A stretch of DNA of 31,506 nucleotides. Origin: a virus. Lineage: Duplodnaviria > Caudoviricetes. The notes under the pieces were generated by a model, which saw only the letters and a program-made list of their open reading frames with translations, made no database searches and was not told where the DNA came from. This document shows, piece after piece, positions 16,681-25,446 of this stretch (positions are counted from its first letter, which is position 1; each line of letters opens with the position of its first letter). Position numbers and translations under genes: made by a program. The DNA is taken from the IMG/VR virus record IMGVR_UViG_3300044990_000804, positions 1-31,506 of that record; one strand, written 5' to 3'.

Positions 16681-17091
16681 TTAGAGGAATTTACCGAACT
16701 CTGCCCGATATTTGGCACGCGCCATCGGGTCAGAAATCTTCGAATACACGGCCTTATGATCAACCGGATCACCAGCCACACCCGCGCCCATCGGCTTTTT
16801 GTCACCTTCGCCCAAATCGTTGCCGGGAGCAATGGCTAACTTCGCCTTGACCGTTTCCAATTCGGCCTTGACGGTAATCAGTTCGGCCTTGTGCGCTTCA
16901 ATCGCTTTTTCCAGTTCGGCGGCTTTCGCAACGCCGGACGTAATGGCGACATTGGCGGCTTCAAGCTTGGTTTGCAGGTCAACCGCTTGCGCCTTTTCCG
17001 TTTCGATGCTGGCCTTCAAGGTTTCGCATAGATCGGCTTTTTCTTTTGCCAGAAGCTCGGCGGCTTCAAGCTTTTTCAACAGGTCGCTCAT
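16681..17091 (-). CDS. Putative capsid scaffolding protein (start corrected from 17106)
   Basis: AAGGA RBS before MSDLLKK; A/E/K coiled coil with a short C-terminal helical tip. Confidence 0.65.
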   Translation of the reverse strand: MSDLLKKLEAAELLAKEKADLCETLKASIETEKAQAVDLQTKLEAANVAITSGVAKAAELEKAIEAHKAELITVKAELETVKAKLAIAPGNDLGEGDKKPMGAGVAGDPVDHKAVYSKISDPMARAKYRAEFGKFL

Positions 17092-17119
17092 ATTTATTCC
17101 TTTCATATTGAACGCGCAT

Positions 17120-17148
17120 ATATTAACAGCATTTATTTAATCCGTCAA
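17120..17148 (-). promoter_or_regulatory. Internal promoter for scaffold, decoration-slot and capsid genes
   Basis: TTGACG-17-TAATAT with extended TG, overlapping the end of the protease gene. Confidence 0.6.
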
Positions 17149-17965
17149 TCACTTCTTGACGGTTACTCACCACATCGTCAATAAGGCCAGCCGCTAACGC
17201 TTGCGGGGCATACAACGCTTGGCCCTGCATGAAGCTTGGATCAATCGTTTTACCGCGCCCCTCGTTGACGCTGGCCTTGAACATATCGCAAAGGTAGTCA
17301 ACTTGCGATTGAAGGTGCGCCCGCTGTTCGCTGGTTAGAGAAGTTCCCGGCACTCCGATAGCCTTTAGTTCGCCCGCCTTGATAACTTCGGCCTTATATC
17401 CGGCCATTTCATACGCACGGGATTGGTCAATCAGTGGCAGATAGACTCCAATCGATCCAACGCAAGCCGATGACGTTGCCGCAATATGGCCGCAAGCAGA
17501 TCCGATCCAATAGGCCGCGCTATCCATATCTCCATCGGTAAAAGCCCAAACGGGTTTATCAGATCGACAATCGCGGATTAACTCCGCAAATTCCATAACC
17601 CCGCCGACTGTTCCACCGGGAGAATCGATATCAAGCAAAATAGCCTTGACGCTAGGGTCTGCCATTGTCGAATTAAACAGGGCGGACACCTCGTCAATAT
17701 CAGTGACGCCCGATGTTTTTTGAAGCATCCCCACCCGCTTTCCGATCACGCCTTGAATCGGAAGTACGGCAACCGCGCCAATCATTTCACATTCAATATC
17801 TTCCGGTTCTTCGATATCCAAGCCCATCATGGCAAGGTTGGCTTTAATTTGGGCTTCATTGCCCGCCGCGTGGAGTTTGACAATATCAGCAATGCGGGCG
17901 TGAAAATCTGGACGGATTAGCCACGGCTCGCAATACACCTTTTGCAAAACGCGCATTAATTTCAT
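17123..17965 (-). CDS. S49 family prohead protease (lambda gpC/SppA-like)
   Basis: ILLDIDSPGG, SAAYWIGS, VGSIGV, ALAAGLID. Confidence 0.95.
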   Translation of the reverse strand: MKLMRVLQKVYCEPWLIRPDFHARIADIVKLHAAGNEAQIKANLAMMGLDIEEPEDIECEMIGAVAVLPIQGVIGKRVGMLQKTSGVTDIDEVSALFNSTMADPSVKAILLDIDSPGGTVGGVMEFAELIRDCRSDKPVWAFTDGDMDSAAYWIGSACGHIAATSSACVGSIGVYLPLIDQSRAYEMAGYKAEVIKAGELKAIGVPGTSLTSEQRAHLQSQVDYLCDMFKASVNEGRGKTIDPSFMQGQALYAPQALAAGLIDDVVSNRQEVIDGLNKCC

Positions 17966-19467
17966 TCTATCACCTTTTCATCTTTCGGCGGTTCGAGTTG
18001 TTTCGCCGCTTGCGCCTGATTAACTTGCCCTGGTATGGCCGCATATATTCCGTTTTCCCATGTGAAGCTTGTCCCGTAATCCTTATTCGTTTCTTTGGCG
18101 ATTCGATCCGCAATCGCCATGTTACGGAATTTCTCCCGCAGTACTTCCTCGCTATCCTTGCCGCGCTTGCCAACCAAATCAGTATGCGACTTGACGCCCA
18201 TTTGGAAGGCAATTAAATCGGCCTGTTGCTGGCTCTGCGGGTCAACCCATTCCCATTCTGGGAAGTTCCAATTAACCAGACGCGCTTGCGACGTGTACCC
18301 GTCATCCATTAGCGGGGCGGGGCGAATCTCCCGGCGTTTAATCGCTTTCGATATGCGCCAAAAGTACCAACGATTAAGAAATCGGCCAACCATTAGGCTC
18401 TGCCATATATTGAATGTTGCGTATGTTTGGAGGAGAGCAGCCCGACTAGCCGAAAATGATCCTTGCGAAAAATCCTGCAAGACAAATTCATACGGCAACC
18501 CTACCGCCGCTCCCATAATCCGGCACATGAAGCGATAGAATCCTTCATATTGCGCGTTAGGTGATACGCTGGCAAGCGATTGGATGCGCTCTTTTTCGGA
18601 TAGATAATGGATCTTATTGTTTTCAATCCGCGTTAATTGCTTCTGTCCGACTTCATTTGTCCCACCCCGCGCCCCTACATTGGCCGCGCTGATACCGCCC
18701 TCGAGATAAACCGCATAGGCGTTTTGCCCTTCGAGCTTCACCTTGCCTAAAAACGCTTGCCGGATTTCCTTCAAATCCCGCGCAAGTGTGACCATTGAGG
18801 CGATTTCAGGGACGCCCCGATATTGGTCTGGTCGGAATGGCCGCGCCATAAATATCGCGCTTTCAGGATACACATAGGCCGGGGTTTGCGTCTTATCGAC
18901 TATCCCGTCTTTGTTCCGATTGAACACCGCAAAGCGCACGATATTTCCGTAAAGCGGGTCGATTTGCACGCCGTCTAGCATATTCGGCGGCGGGTCTTTT
19001 GACGGGGTTGCAATCCGTTCCGATTCGATAAGGGAAAAATGGCCGTCGTCCAACAGGTGCAAAAGAATATCGCCGTGGACAAACAGAGAGCGTAAAATCA
19101 TTCTTTGAACGTCAACCATTGAGAACCGGCCCGATGTTTCGGGCGCAAGGGATATTGCCTTGATGTAGTCCTCGGCTTCGCGGTTGAAAAGTTCATCGGT
19201 CGTTTTGGCTTGTGGAGTTATCCCGCTTCCGACCACGTTATCAGCAAACCGCTCTACAATCCCATGCACCGTAGCATCATTCCGGTAAAGGTCTAACGCC
19301 TCATTCCGCAAAGTTTCCCGGTCCTGTACGGTGATCGCGTTGTCTTCCGCTTTGCCCTGTTGCCGCCCGAAGCCCAAATTTTGGCGGCTGTATGACCGTT
19401 CCGCCGCGTCATAATAGGCGGCTTTGAACTTGCCGGCCGCCGTAGCGATTGCCGTTAATGGGTTCAA
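17962..19467 (-). CDS. Portal protein, lambda gpB family
   Basis: DLYRND, NVVGSGITPQ, LIESERI, RPDQYRGVP, GLPYE, SFSASRA, WEWVDP. Confidence 0.95.
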   Translation of the reverse strand: MNPLTAIATAAGKFKAAYYDAAERSYSRQNLGFGRQQGKAEDNAITVQDRETLRNEALDLYRNDATVHGIVERFADNVVGSGITPQAKTTDELFNREAEDYIKAISLAPETSGRFSMVDVQRMILRSLFVHGDILLHLLDDGHFSLIESERIATPSKDPPPNMLDGVQIDPLYGNIVRFAVFNRNKDGIVDKTQTPAYVYPESAIFMARPFRPDQYRGVPEIASMVTLARDLKEIRQAFLGKVKLEGQNAYAVYLEGGISAANVGARGGTNEVGQKQLTRIENNKIHYLSEKERIQSLASVSPNAQYEGFYRFMCRIMGAAVGLPYEFVLQDFSQGSFSASRAALLQTYATFNIWQSLMVGRFLNRWYFWRISKAIKRREIRPAPLMDDGYTSQARLVNWNFPEWEWVDPQSQQQADLIAFQMGVKSHTDLVGKRGKDSEEVLREKFRNMAIADRIAKETNKDYGTSFTWENGIYAAIPGQVNQAQAAKQLEPPKDEKVIE

Positions 19468-19769
19468 ACTGATACCCCCTGAAATTCGCTTTGACTCATA
19501 TCCGCAATGGCTGAAACACCGTACAAGGCCCGGTTCAATTCAAATTCTTTTGACCGGCAAGCCGCCTCTGCGTTTTCAATCTTGCGCCGTTGAATGCTCC
19601 GTTGTGCGATTGAATAGCTGTCCAAAGTCTGCGCGTTCAAACTCGATACGGCGGTTTTAAGGGCTATGTATTCATCCAATAAAACCGTGGCTTGCGCCAA
19701 TAAAAGCGGGTTCGTGATCTTATTGACTTCGATCAAATATGCGGCTTTAAGGTTGTCTATGTTTGACAT
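19464..19769 (-). CDS. gpW-like head completion protein (start corrected from 19808)
   Basis: SYSIAQRSIQR motif; directly upstream of the portal; the track's longer start overlaps a consensus promoter. Confidence 0.65.
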   Translation of the reverse strand: MSNIDNLKAAYLIEVNKITNPLLLAQATVLLDEYIALKTAVSSLNAQTLDSYSIAQRSIQRRKIENAEAACRSKEFELNRALYGVSAIADMSQSEFQGVSV

Positions 19770-19779
19770 AGTGCCGCGT

Positions 19780-19808
19780 ATTATATGCGAAGTTGGCATA
19801 TAACGCAA
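19780..19808 (-). promoter_or_regulatory. Strong sigma70-like promoter for the head operon; near-leaderless first gene
   Basis: TTGCGT-17-TATAAT; the ATG is only 10 nt after the -10 box and there is no SD sequence. Confidence 0.7.
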
Positions 19809-19830
19809 GAATATATTTACAAAACGAAAT

Positions 19831-19894
19831 GAAAAGCCCCGCCTTGGGTATGCCGTACCCCTATCGGGGAGGCCAATTCACCGCAAGGCGGAGC
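19831..19894 (-). terminator. Branched stem-loop followed by a U-rich run (terminator or small structured RNA)
   Basis: GCTCCGCCTTG...CAAGGCGGGGC closing stem, internal CCCC-GATA-GGGG and GGTA-CGGCA-TACC hairpins, then TTTTCATTT. Confidence 0.55.
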
Positions 19895-19905
19895 AAATTA
19901 AAAGC

Positions 19906-20394
19906 CTAATTATCTCTGTGTTCTTGTTTATGGCAAGATCGGCATAGCGTTCTTAAATTTCCTTCCTCCGGTATGCCGCCGTCTAAAACAGATACAAAGT
20001 GATCGACTTCAAGCAACTCACTGCTTCCACATAATACACACTTCCCACAGTCTTTTTTTATAGTTTCAGAACGCATTGAATACCAAGATTTAAAAGAAAA
20101 TGGCGGGTGCCCACAATTCCAATCTGGCCTTTTTTTATAGTCATCTGAAACCCACGATTTCCACCGTTGAATATCTTTGTAAGCCCATCTCTCTATTATG
20201 TTTGCAATTTCTTTGGGGCGACCATATCCAAGCGAATACAGCCTATGAATTATCTCTATTACGCAAAGAACTCCATGCCAAAATCCTCGCCTATAATTGC
20301 ACTCTAAATCTATTTGTTGCTCTTTCGTTGGCTCTGGCAACTTCATAAGTTCGGCTATTGATATTATTTTAGGAATAGATTCATTTTCTTTCAT
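19906..20394 (-). CDS. HNH endonuclease (C-terminal domain)
   Basis: CVLCG...LEVDH...GG...NLRTLCRSCH; visibly AT-richer than neighbours. Confidence 0.9.
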   Translation of the reverse strand: MKENESIPKIISIAELMKLPEPTKEQQIDLECNYRRGFWHGVLCVIEIIHRLYSLGYGRPKEIANIIERWAYKDIQRWKSWVSDDYKKRPDWNCGHPPFSFKSWYSMRSETIKKDCGKCVLCGSSELLEVDHFVSVLDGGIPEEGNLRTLCRSCHKQEHRDN

Positions 20395-20407
20395 TTAATT
20401 TACCTCT

Positions 20408-22171
20408 TTAGAAACGCAATAATCCCATGATATTCGCACCTAGCACCTGGTACACCTCGCAATCGAACAAATGATTGCGCGTGTAGCCCTTCCGCAACTT
20501 CCAAACACCGTCAACGCATTCCTCCGCAACCACTTGCGAACAATATTCCCGTTCAATATCCCGGTAAACGTACCATTTATTTTTCCCGCGCCCGGTCATC
20601 ATGTCAAAGAATATCGGCTTAAACACATCTGGGTTAAAGGTGTACGTCAAAATCTGTGTTTCAGGGCTTGACTTGTCGCCGGTTTCAGGGTCTTTCGTGG
20701 ACGCAATAAACGGAATGCCCTTAATATCCCGTCCGTAAATCGGATACATTTTCAGCTTTCCGGCCATTTGGAACACTTCCGCTTGTCGATCCGCATAGGA
20801 ATTATCAACGAATATTGGACCGACGTTCAAATCGTTCGCTTCCTGTTCGATCTGTTCCCACCGCCCCACCCGGTCATACTTCACAAGGCCGGAATCTCCA
20901 TTAATCCAATCCCTGACAACGTGCCAAACGTGTTCCTTTTGTACGTCAATGGTCATTATGCGCGTTGCCTTTTGTCCGACATAAAACGGCTTGCCCGGGA
21001 AGCCAGGCACAGTATCCGCCTCGTAAAACTTCTCTTTGTACCCGTAATTACCCACCCGTTCCGATAGCACGGTAACATTGGCGGTAATTTTCTTTTCGTA
21101 ATACTTTTCACACCACCGCTCGTAAAAATAGCTTTTCAGCGCAACGGCCCCTCGGTCATTAGCCGTTAGAAACTCTTTGGCAAGTGCCCCAAAGCCGCAG
21201 GACGCAAACGGAATCATGGGGGCGACAACCTTAAAGCCCCGCTTTTTAGGCGTGCCCTTGGGGTTTGTGGCTACCCACCGGCCCGACCGCGCAACCCTTA
21301 GCCGGTCCCGTTCTTCGATCCGCGTTCCTGCTGGGGTAACATAATGCGCCGACTCCGAAACAGCCTTTAAATCCCACCCGTCCGCCGTCTTTGCGGTTTC
21401 ATCCCACCGGATACCCGCGTGTTCAAAAGCAAAGTCCGCGCCCGTTACCGGGTCCGGCATCATCCATGCCCCCCGGTCGGAATCCTCATATTCAATGACG
21501 ATTGGATCCTCATCGGACGGACGGCCGTTTGTGGGGTCCATTGATGAAAGCCAAACGATATGGGGGAAGGGGTAAGAGTCAACCCGCCGCCGTGCCTGTT
21601 CCTGCGAGCCGTCCGGAGCCATGCTTAACTCATCGAACAGGACCATAGCCCAGCCGTCCTGCTTAAACGTCTGTTTGCTTTTCGGCCAGGCAACCCGAAA
21701 ATCCATATTCAAAAAGGCTATATCGTGCTGTGTCGATTGCGCGTGCCGCCATGCTTTCGCCGTGGCCTTCGCACATTTCATCCCGCGCTTAACCCGTTTT
21801 TCCATAAACCGCTCGGCGGTCAACTGGTCGCCCGTCAAATACATTATCGGCTGTGGACGGTTAGCAATACAAAAACGGATTGCGTTTAAAAAAATGTTCT
21901 CACTACCGCCCGCCCGCGTGGGCTTTAAACAAACGATTTCCCGCACGCCGTTATTGGTTATGCACTCTACCGGCTCTTTCCAATACGGCATAAACTCCGG
22001 GTCATAAGGCCCGTGAAATGGCGTGTCGTAATTGGGAGCAAGCGAAAAGTCAACCTCCCGTTCGGCCCACTGCCAGATATTCAACGGCGGGCGCGGATGA
22101 AAGCCGCTGCTTATTACCCGCCAATCGGATGGAGTAAATAAAGAGATTGATTCTTTAACGTCCTGTTGCAT
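20408..22171 (-). CDS. Terminase large subunit, lambda gpA family
   Basis: WQWAE start, PYWKEP, lambda-type deviant Walker A KPTRAGGSE, Walker B VLFDE, TIDVQ, RNHLFDCEVY nuclease motif. Confidence 0.93.
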   Translation of the reverse strand: MQQDVKESISLFTPSDWRVISSGFHPRPPLNIWQWAEREVDFSLAPNYDTPFHGPYDPEFMPYWKEPVECITNNGVREIVCLKPTRAGGSENIFLNAIRFCIANRPQPIMYLTGDQLTAERFMEKRVKRGMKCAKATAKAWRHAQSTQHDIAFLNMDFRVAWPKSKQTFKQDGWAMVLFDELSMAPDGSQEQARRRVDSYPFPHIVWLSSMDPTNGRPSDEDPIVIEYEDSDRGAWMMPDPVTGADFAFEHAGIRWDETAKTADGWDLKAVSESAHYVTPAGTRIEERDRLRVARSGRWVATNPKGTPKKRGFKVVAPMIPFASCGFGALAKEFLTANDRGAVALKSYFYERWCEKYYEKKITANVTVLSERVGNYGYKEKFYEADTVPGFPGKPFYVGQKATRIMTIDVQKEHVWHVVRDWINGDSGLVKYDRVGRWEQIEQEANDLNVGPIFVDNSYADRQAEVFQMAGKLKMYPIYGRDIKGIPFIASTKDPETGDKSSPETQILTYTFNPDVFKPIFFDMMTGRGKNKWYVYRDIEREYCSQVVAEECVDGVWKLRKGYTRNHLFDCEVYQVLGANIMGLLRF

Positions 22172-22689
22172 TACCCCTCATCCGGCCTAATGGCCTGTAT
22201 TTCACTTAACGCCGCATCCCGGCACTTCCTCAAATCGTCCAATAGTCCGGCATCCGCCCGTTTCGCGCTTATATTGTCAATCCATTGGTCTATGATTCCA
22301 AGGCAGATATTTTGCATGGCAAGAAGGCATTTGTGAAAGCTGTCTTTTGCGATAAAGTTTCCGCGCAAAGTGTCTAGATCGTATTGCGCCCGCTGGATCG
22401 AGATATCGGCCAATTTGATTTTGCGCTTGGTCAACTTAATGGCCGTCGTATCGCCCGGCACATCGTCTATCGTTTCGGTTGACCCGCCGCCCGCCCGTAG
22501 GTTTCGCTTTTCGGCTGACTTGTCCATTTCAGCCCCGGCTTTACGGGCGCGCAAAAACTCGTCTTCTTTGTATTTTGAGCCGGAATAGGAGCGGAAGCCG
22601 TGGCGGTCCATCATGCGCTTGATGTTCTGCTTGGCGACTCCATACTTGCGCTCTAGTTCGATTGCGGTTAAAAGGCTTTGTTTGGTCAT
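22171..22689 (-). CDS. Terminase small subunit (Nu1-like)
   Basis: N-terminal wHTH-like segment, coiled coil ending LDTLRGNFI, TAATG coupling to the large subunit. Confidence 0.75.
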   Translation of the reverse strand: MTKQSLLTAIELERKYGVAKQNIKRMMDRHGFRSYSGSKYKEDEFLRARKAGAEMDKSAEKRNLRAGGGSTETIDDVPGDTTAIKLTKRKIKLADISIQRAQYDLDTLRGNFIAKDSFHKCLLAMQNICLGIIDQWIDNISAKRADAGLLDDLRKCRDAALSEIQAIRPDEG

Positions 22690-22715
22690 TTTGTAATCTC
22701 TTAAATCCTTTTCTC

Positions 22716-22779
22716 ATTTTCGCGAAAATAGGGAATGTGCTTCGACCCCCTGTTTACCCCCACCGGCCCGAAAGTACCT
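22716..22779 (-). other. Candidate cos packaging site
   Basis: AGGTACTTTCGG...AGGGGGTCGA...CTATTTTCGCGAAAAT resembles lambda cosQ-cosN-I2 as I recall it; immediately upstream of the small terminase; 14-bp palindrome at 22716-22729. Confidence 0.55.
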
Positions 22780-22954
22780 TGACGGGGTGCCATTTAATGA
22801 CTTGCTCAACTTCATAAGCGCACGCTTGCAAAACAAACGCCGTAGATACCATCTTGCGCCCTGTCTCCTTATCTGGATTGCGCTTTGAAGCCCTGATCCT
22901 GCGCTCTGCTGTTAATCTCCAATTTGCAACTAGCGCGTTTAAATCTGTTTTCAT
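22754..22954 (-). CDS. Hypothetical protein
   Basis: AAAGGCG RBS, 66 aa. Confidence 0.6.
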   Translation of the reverse strand: MKTDLNALVANWRLTAERRIRASKRNPDKETGRKMVSTAFVLQACAYEVEQVIKWHPVKVLSGRWG

Positions 22955-23011
22955 TTTACGCCTTTCGCCTTTTGTAACTTATTGCATTTAATATATTAAG
23001 ATTTTTAATAC

Positions 23012-23039
23012 TTGACACATTCACCCCAAACCTTAAAAT
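23012..23039 (+). promoter_or_regulatory. Candidate antisense promoter
   Basis: TTGACA-16-TAAAAT with an AT-rich upstream element; no credible plus-strand gene follows. Confidence 0.45.
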
Positions 23040-23239
23040 CATTTCCGATCTGATTCCTTCACCACCGTCCGATTATCCCTCTCCCGCTTCCTGGTCAACA
23101 CCTCATACCGCAACTCACCTATCCGAACGGCAAACGGCCAAACGTCCTTACCGTTGTCGATCGCCATGTGTGCGGCCTCGCGCTCTATGTTTAGACTATC
23201 GGTCAACTGGTCATCGGTCAAGTGTTCAAGTTTTCTCAT
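23039..23239 (-). CDS. Hypothetical protein
   Basis: AGGT RBS, 66 aa. Confidence 0.6.
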   Translation of the reverse strand: MRKLEHLTDDQLTDSLNIEREAAHMAIDNGKDVWPFAVRIGELRYEVLTRKRERDNRTVVKESDRK

Positions 23240-23306
23240 GTTTTTACCTATGATTTGCGATTAATTAAGCGCGTTTATAGCGCAGTCGCGCCCCTGCGCC
23301 CATCTC

Positions 23307-24077
23307 TTAGGGTTTTTTGATTGCTGGATTGCGCCGTCTCATTTCCTTTTCAACCTCAATTTTTAAGGGATACAAATCGCGCCTTCCGAAGTTGTAAATA
23401 TCCTCAATCATTGCCAGCATTCCATCGCGTGTTCCGTATGTGACTAATTTTTCAGGACACCTATTCAGGTTATGCACGAATCTTGCGGCATCAAATCCAG
23501 CGCAACGACAGCAACCGGAAATAGCGTCAAGAAAACTGTTATTGCAAACCCTTGAATTTATGCGCTTTGTTTCAGACCTTAACGCCACAACTCTCTCGGC
23601 AAATGCCTTGTCCTTGATTTTCCAAGTACCAGATACATAGGCCGCTTTGATATTATTAAATATCACGGTTCCAGATAATATAGCGGCTCCCTGAGATACG
23701 GGAATCTTGTGTTTGTCACAAAATTCAACGAGTTCAATATAATCCTTCAAGCCGCGTTGTGCCCATGTTCCGGCGTAATCAGATACAAACCATTTTCTCT
23801 GCGAATTGTTGATTTCAGAAATATCTGCGGCATCTTCGCATTCGACAAAACACACCGCCAATCCAAGCTCTTTTGATATCTCGAATCTGTGCTGTCCGTC
23901 ACGAATAGACATTCGGCCAAACTTGTTTCTTACAACGTGCATTGGGTACGCTGGAATCCACCCATGTGCCGCCATGCTGTTCCTTAAGTCACTCCTGTGC
24001 GAAAGATCGACCGGCCTATTTTCGAGGCATCGGTCAAATAGCGAGTAATTTTTTGTGAACCTAAGAGATGTTTTCAT
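23307..24077 (-). CDS. ParB/Srx N-terminal-domain-like protein
   Basis: ENRPVD, LRNSM..HGW, IRDGQHR motif. Confidence 0.75.
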   Translation of the reverse strand: MKTSLRFTKNYSLFDRCLENRPVDLSHRSDLRNSMAAHGWIPAYPMHVVRNKFGRMSIRDGQHRFEISKELGLAVCFVECEDAADISEINNSQRKWFVSDYAGTWAQRGLKDYIELVEFCDKHKIPVSQGAAILSGTVIFNNIKAAYVSGTWKIKDKAFAERVVALRSETKRINSRVCNNSFLDAISGCCRCAGFDAARFVHNLNRCPEKLVTYGTRDGMLAMIEDIYNFGRRDLYPLKIEVEKEMRRRNPAIKKP

Positions 24078-24078
24078 T

Positions 24079-24645
24079 TTATTTATTAGCCTTTATCCAT
24101 TGCGTTACTGTGTCAAGACCAATACCTCGCAATTTGTCTGATATTGGAATTTTCTGCAAAATTGCTATGGCATCATTCGCCATTCTTACTCCGACCCCAA
24201 GAGCCTTGCTTTGTTTCTCCTTTTCTGGATTAATTTCCGCACTCACAGCCATTTCGACATCTTTCGCCGTAACCTTCCTTTCCTCTCGTTTTGCTTTTTC
24301 CGTCACACTCTCCCAGACTTCGGCCTGCTTATCGGCTGGCAGCTTTGCCAGCGGGCGGGCTTGTGATTCGGTTGCTGGAAGTTCCACAATTGTGGAAGTT
24401 TTCAGATTGTCAGTTACCTTCGCTGAATCCATCAACTGATAAGCCCTTGACTGTTTAATCCCCCACCGCTCCCCGCAATAGTCCTCGAATGTCTTGTGGG
24501 ATTCGCGATATAACTTGCCGTCACGAATAATCAGCAAGGCATTTCCGACTGCTGAAAATGTTTTCAACCCTTTCTTAATAATTAATTCGTTTTCTCTTAA
24601 TTCAGAAAGTTCAATCTCGCTCAATCCTTTGACAATGGCTTGCAA
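24079..24645 (-). CDS. Phage DNA-binding protein (DUF3102-like)
   Basis: VGNALLIIRDGKLYRESHKTFEDYCGERWG...RAYQLM and ESQARPL; TTG start with AAGGCGG RBS. Confidence 0.65.
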   Translation of the reverse strand: MQAIVKGLSEIELSELRENELIIKKGLKTFSAVGNALLIIRDGKLYRESHKTFEDYCGERWGIKQSRAYQLMDSAKVTDNLKTSTIVELPATESQARPLAKLPADKQAEVWESVTEKAKREERKVTAKDVEMAVSAEINPEKEKQSKALGVGVRMANDAIAILQKIPISDKLRGIGLDTVTQWIKANK

Positions 24646-24671
24646 TTATGACCGCCTTTCTTTTTTGCTTC

Positions 24672-24818
24672 TCATGCCCCACCCATATCCTTTTTGAGTT
24701 CCGGCCACTGTTCGGTTATCCGTTCGCAAATATCCGATAAGTCCGGCCCGTTGCCCGATTCGGCTATCATCCGACCGGCTTCGATGATCTTGACGGCATC
24801 GTCAAAAGTAATTTCCAT
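24672..24818 (-). CDS. 48-aa hypothetical protein (not in ORF track)
   Basis: MEITFDDAVKIIEAGRMIAESGNGPDLSDICERITEQWPELKKDMGGA; AAGGA RBS and TAATG coupling. Confidence 0.65.
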   Translation of the reverse strand: MEITFDDAVKIIEAGRMIAESGNGPDLSDICERITEQWPELKKDMGGA

Positions 24819-25012
24819 TATCCTTTCCGCCTTTCCATTTCCGCAATTTGATCCAACACTTTTTTATAGGGCACAATGTACGCCATATCACCAAACGGGT
24901 CATGCTCAATCGCGGCTATCCGCCCTTCGATCCACCGCCGCAATTCAGGCAATGGCCGGTCGGACGGATTGTTGCCGCACATTAGGCAGGGGGTTTGAGT
25001 GGGGTGTTTCAT
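24818..25012 (-). CDS. Hypothetical protein (CxxC)
   Basis: ATGA overlap upstream and TAATG overlap downstream. Confidence 0.6.
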   Translation of the reverse strand: MKHPTQTPCLMCGNNPSDRPLPELRRWIEGRIAAIEHDPFGDMAYIVPYKKVLDQIAEMERRKG

Positions 25013-25446
25013 TTGATTGTGAAAATTTCAGCCTTTTTCTCGATCTCTCTGATTTCCTTTTGCGCTTCTATTATTGAGTTTTTAAGAGCCTTTATTTGCA
25101 ATGCCAATTCCCGATTTGCTTTCGTGTCAGCCCAAATGCTACTAATGTATTCTTTTGACCTTTTCCCGTCAACTGAAACAACCCAAACGCTTGAATCATC
25201 AATAACGCTTGTGACCGTGTGGGGAGTTGGGAAGCCAATCTGATTCCATCGCGTTGGCGCTTCAAACAAAACCGGAACCCGTTCAAACACCTCTTTTGTT
25301 TTCCTGTCAATCCACGCTTGGCAATCCTCTAGAGATTTAATGCCGCGCCTTAATTCTGTTCCGTCCATCCGAATAATTAAAAACCCGTGGTCAAACCATT
25401 CAATCTCATAACCCTTGTACTCGCATTTCAAAACAATATCGCTCAT
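25009..25446 (-). CDS. Hypothetical protein with C-terminal coiled coil
   Basis: GGAGGA RBS, ATGA overlap. Confidence 0.7.
   Translation of the reverse strand: MSDIVLKCEYKGYEIEWFDHGFLIIRMDGTELRRGIKSLEDCQAWIDRKTKEVFERVPVLFEAPTRWNQIGFPTPHTVTSVIDDSSVWVVSVDGKRSKEYISSIWADTKANRELALQIKALKNSIIEAQKEIREIEKKAEIFTIK

Noticed and set aside
23307-24077. Plasmid partition system
   Set aside because: Only a ParB N-terminal-like motif is present; no ParA ATPase or parS repeat array was seen.
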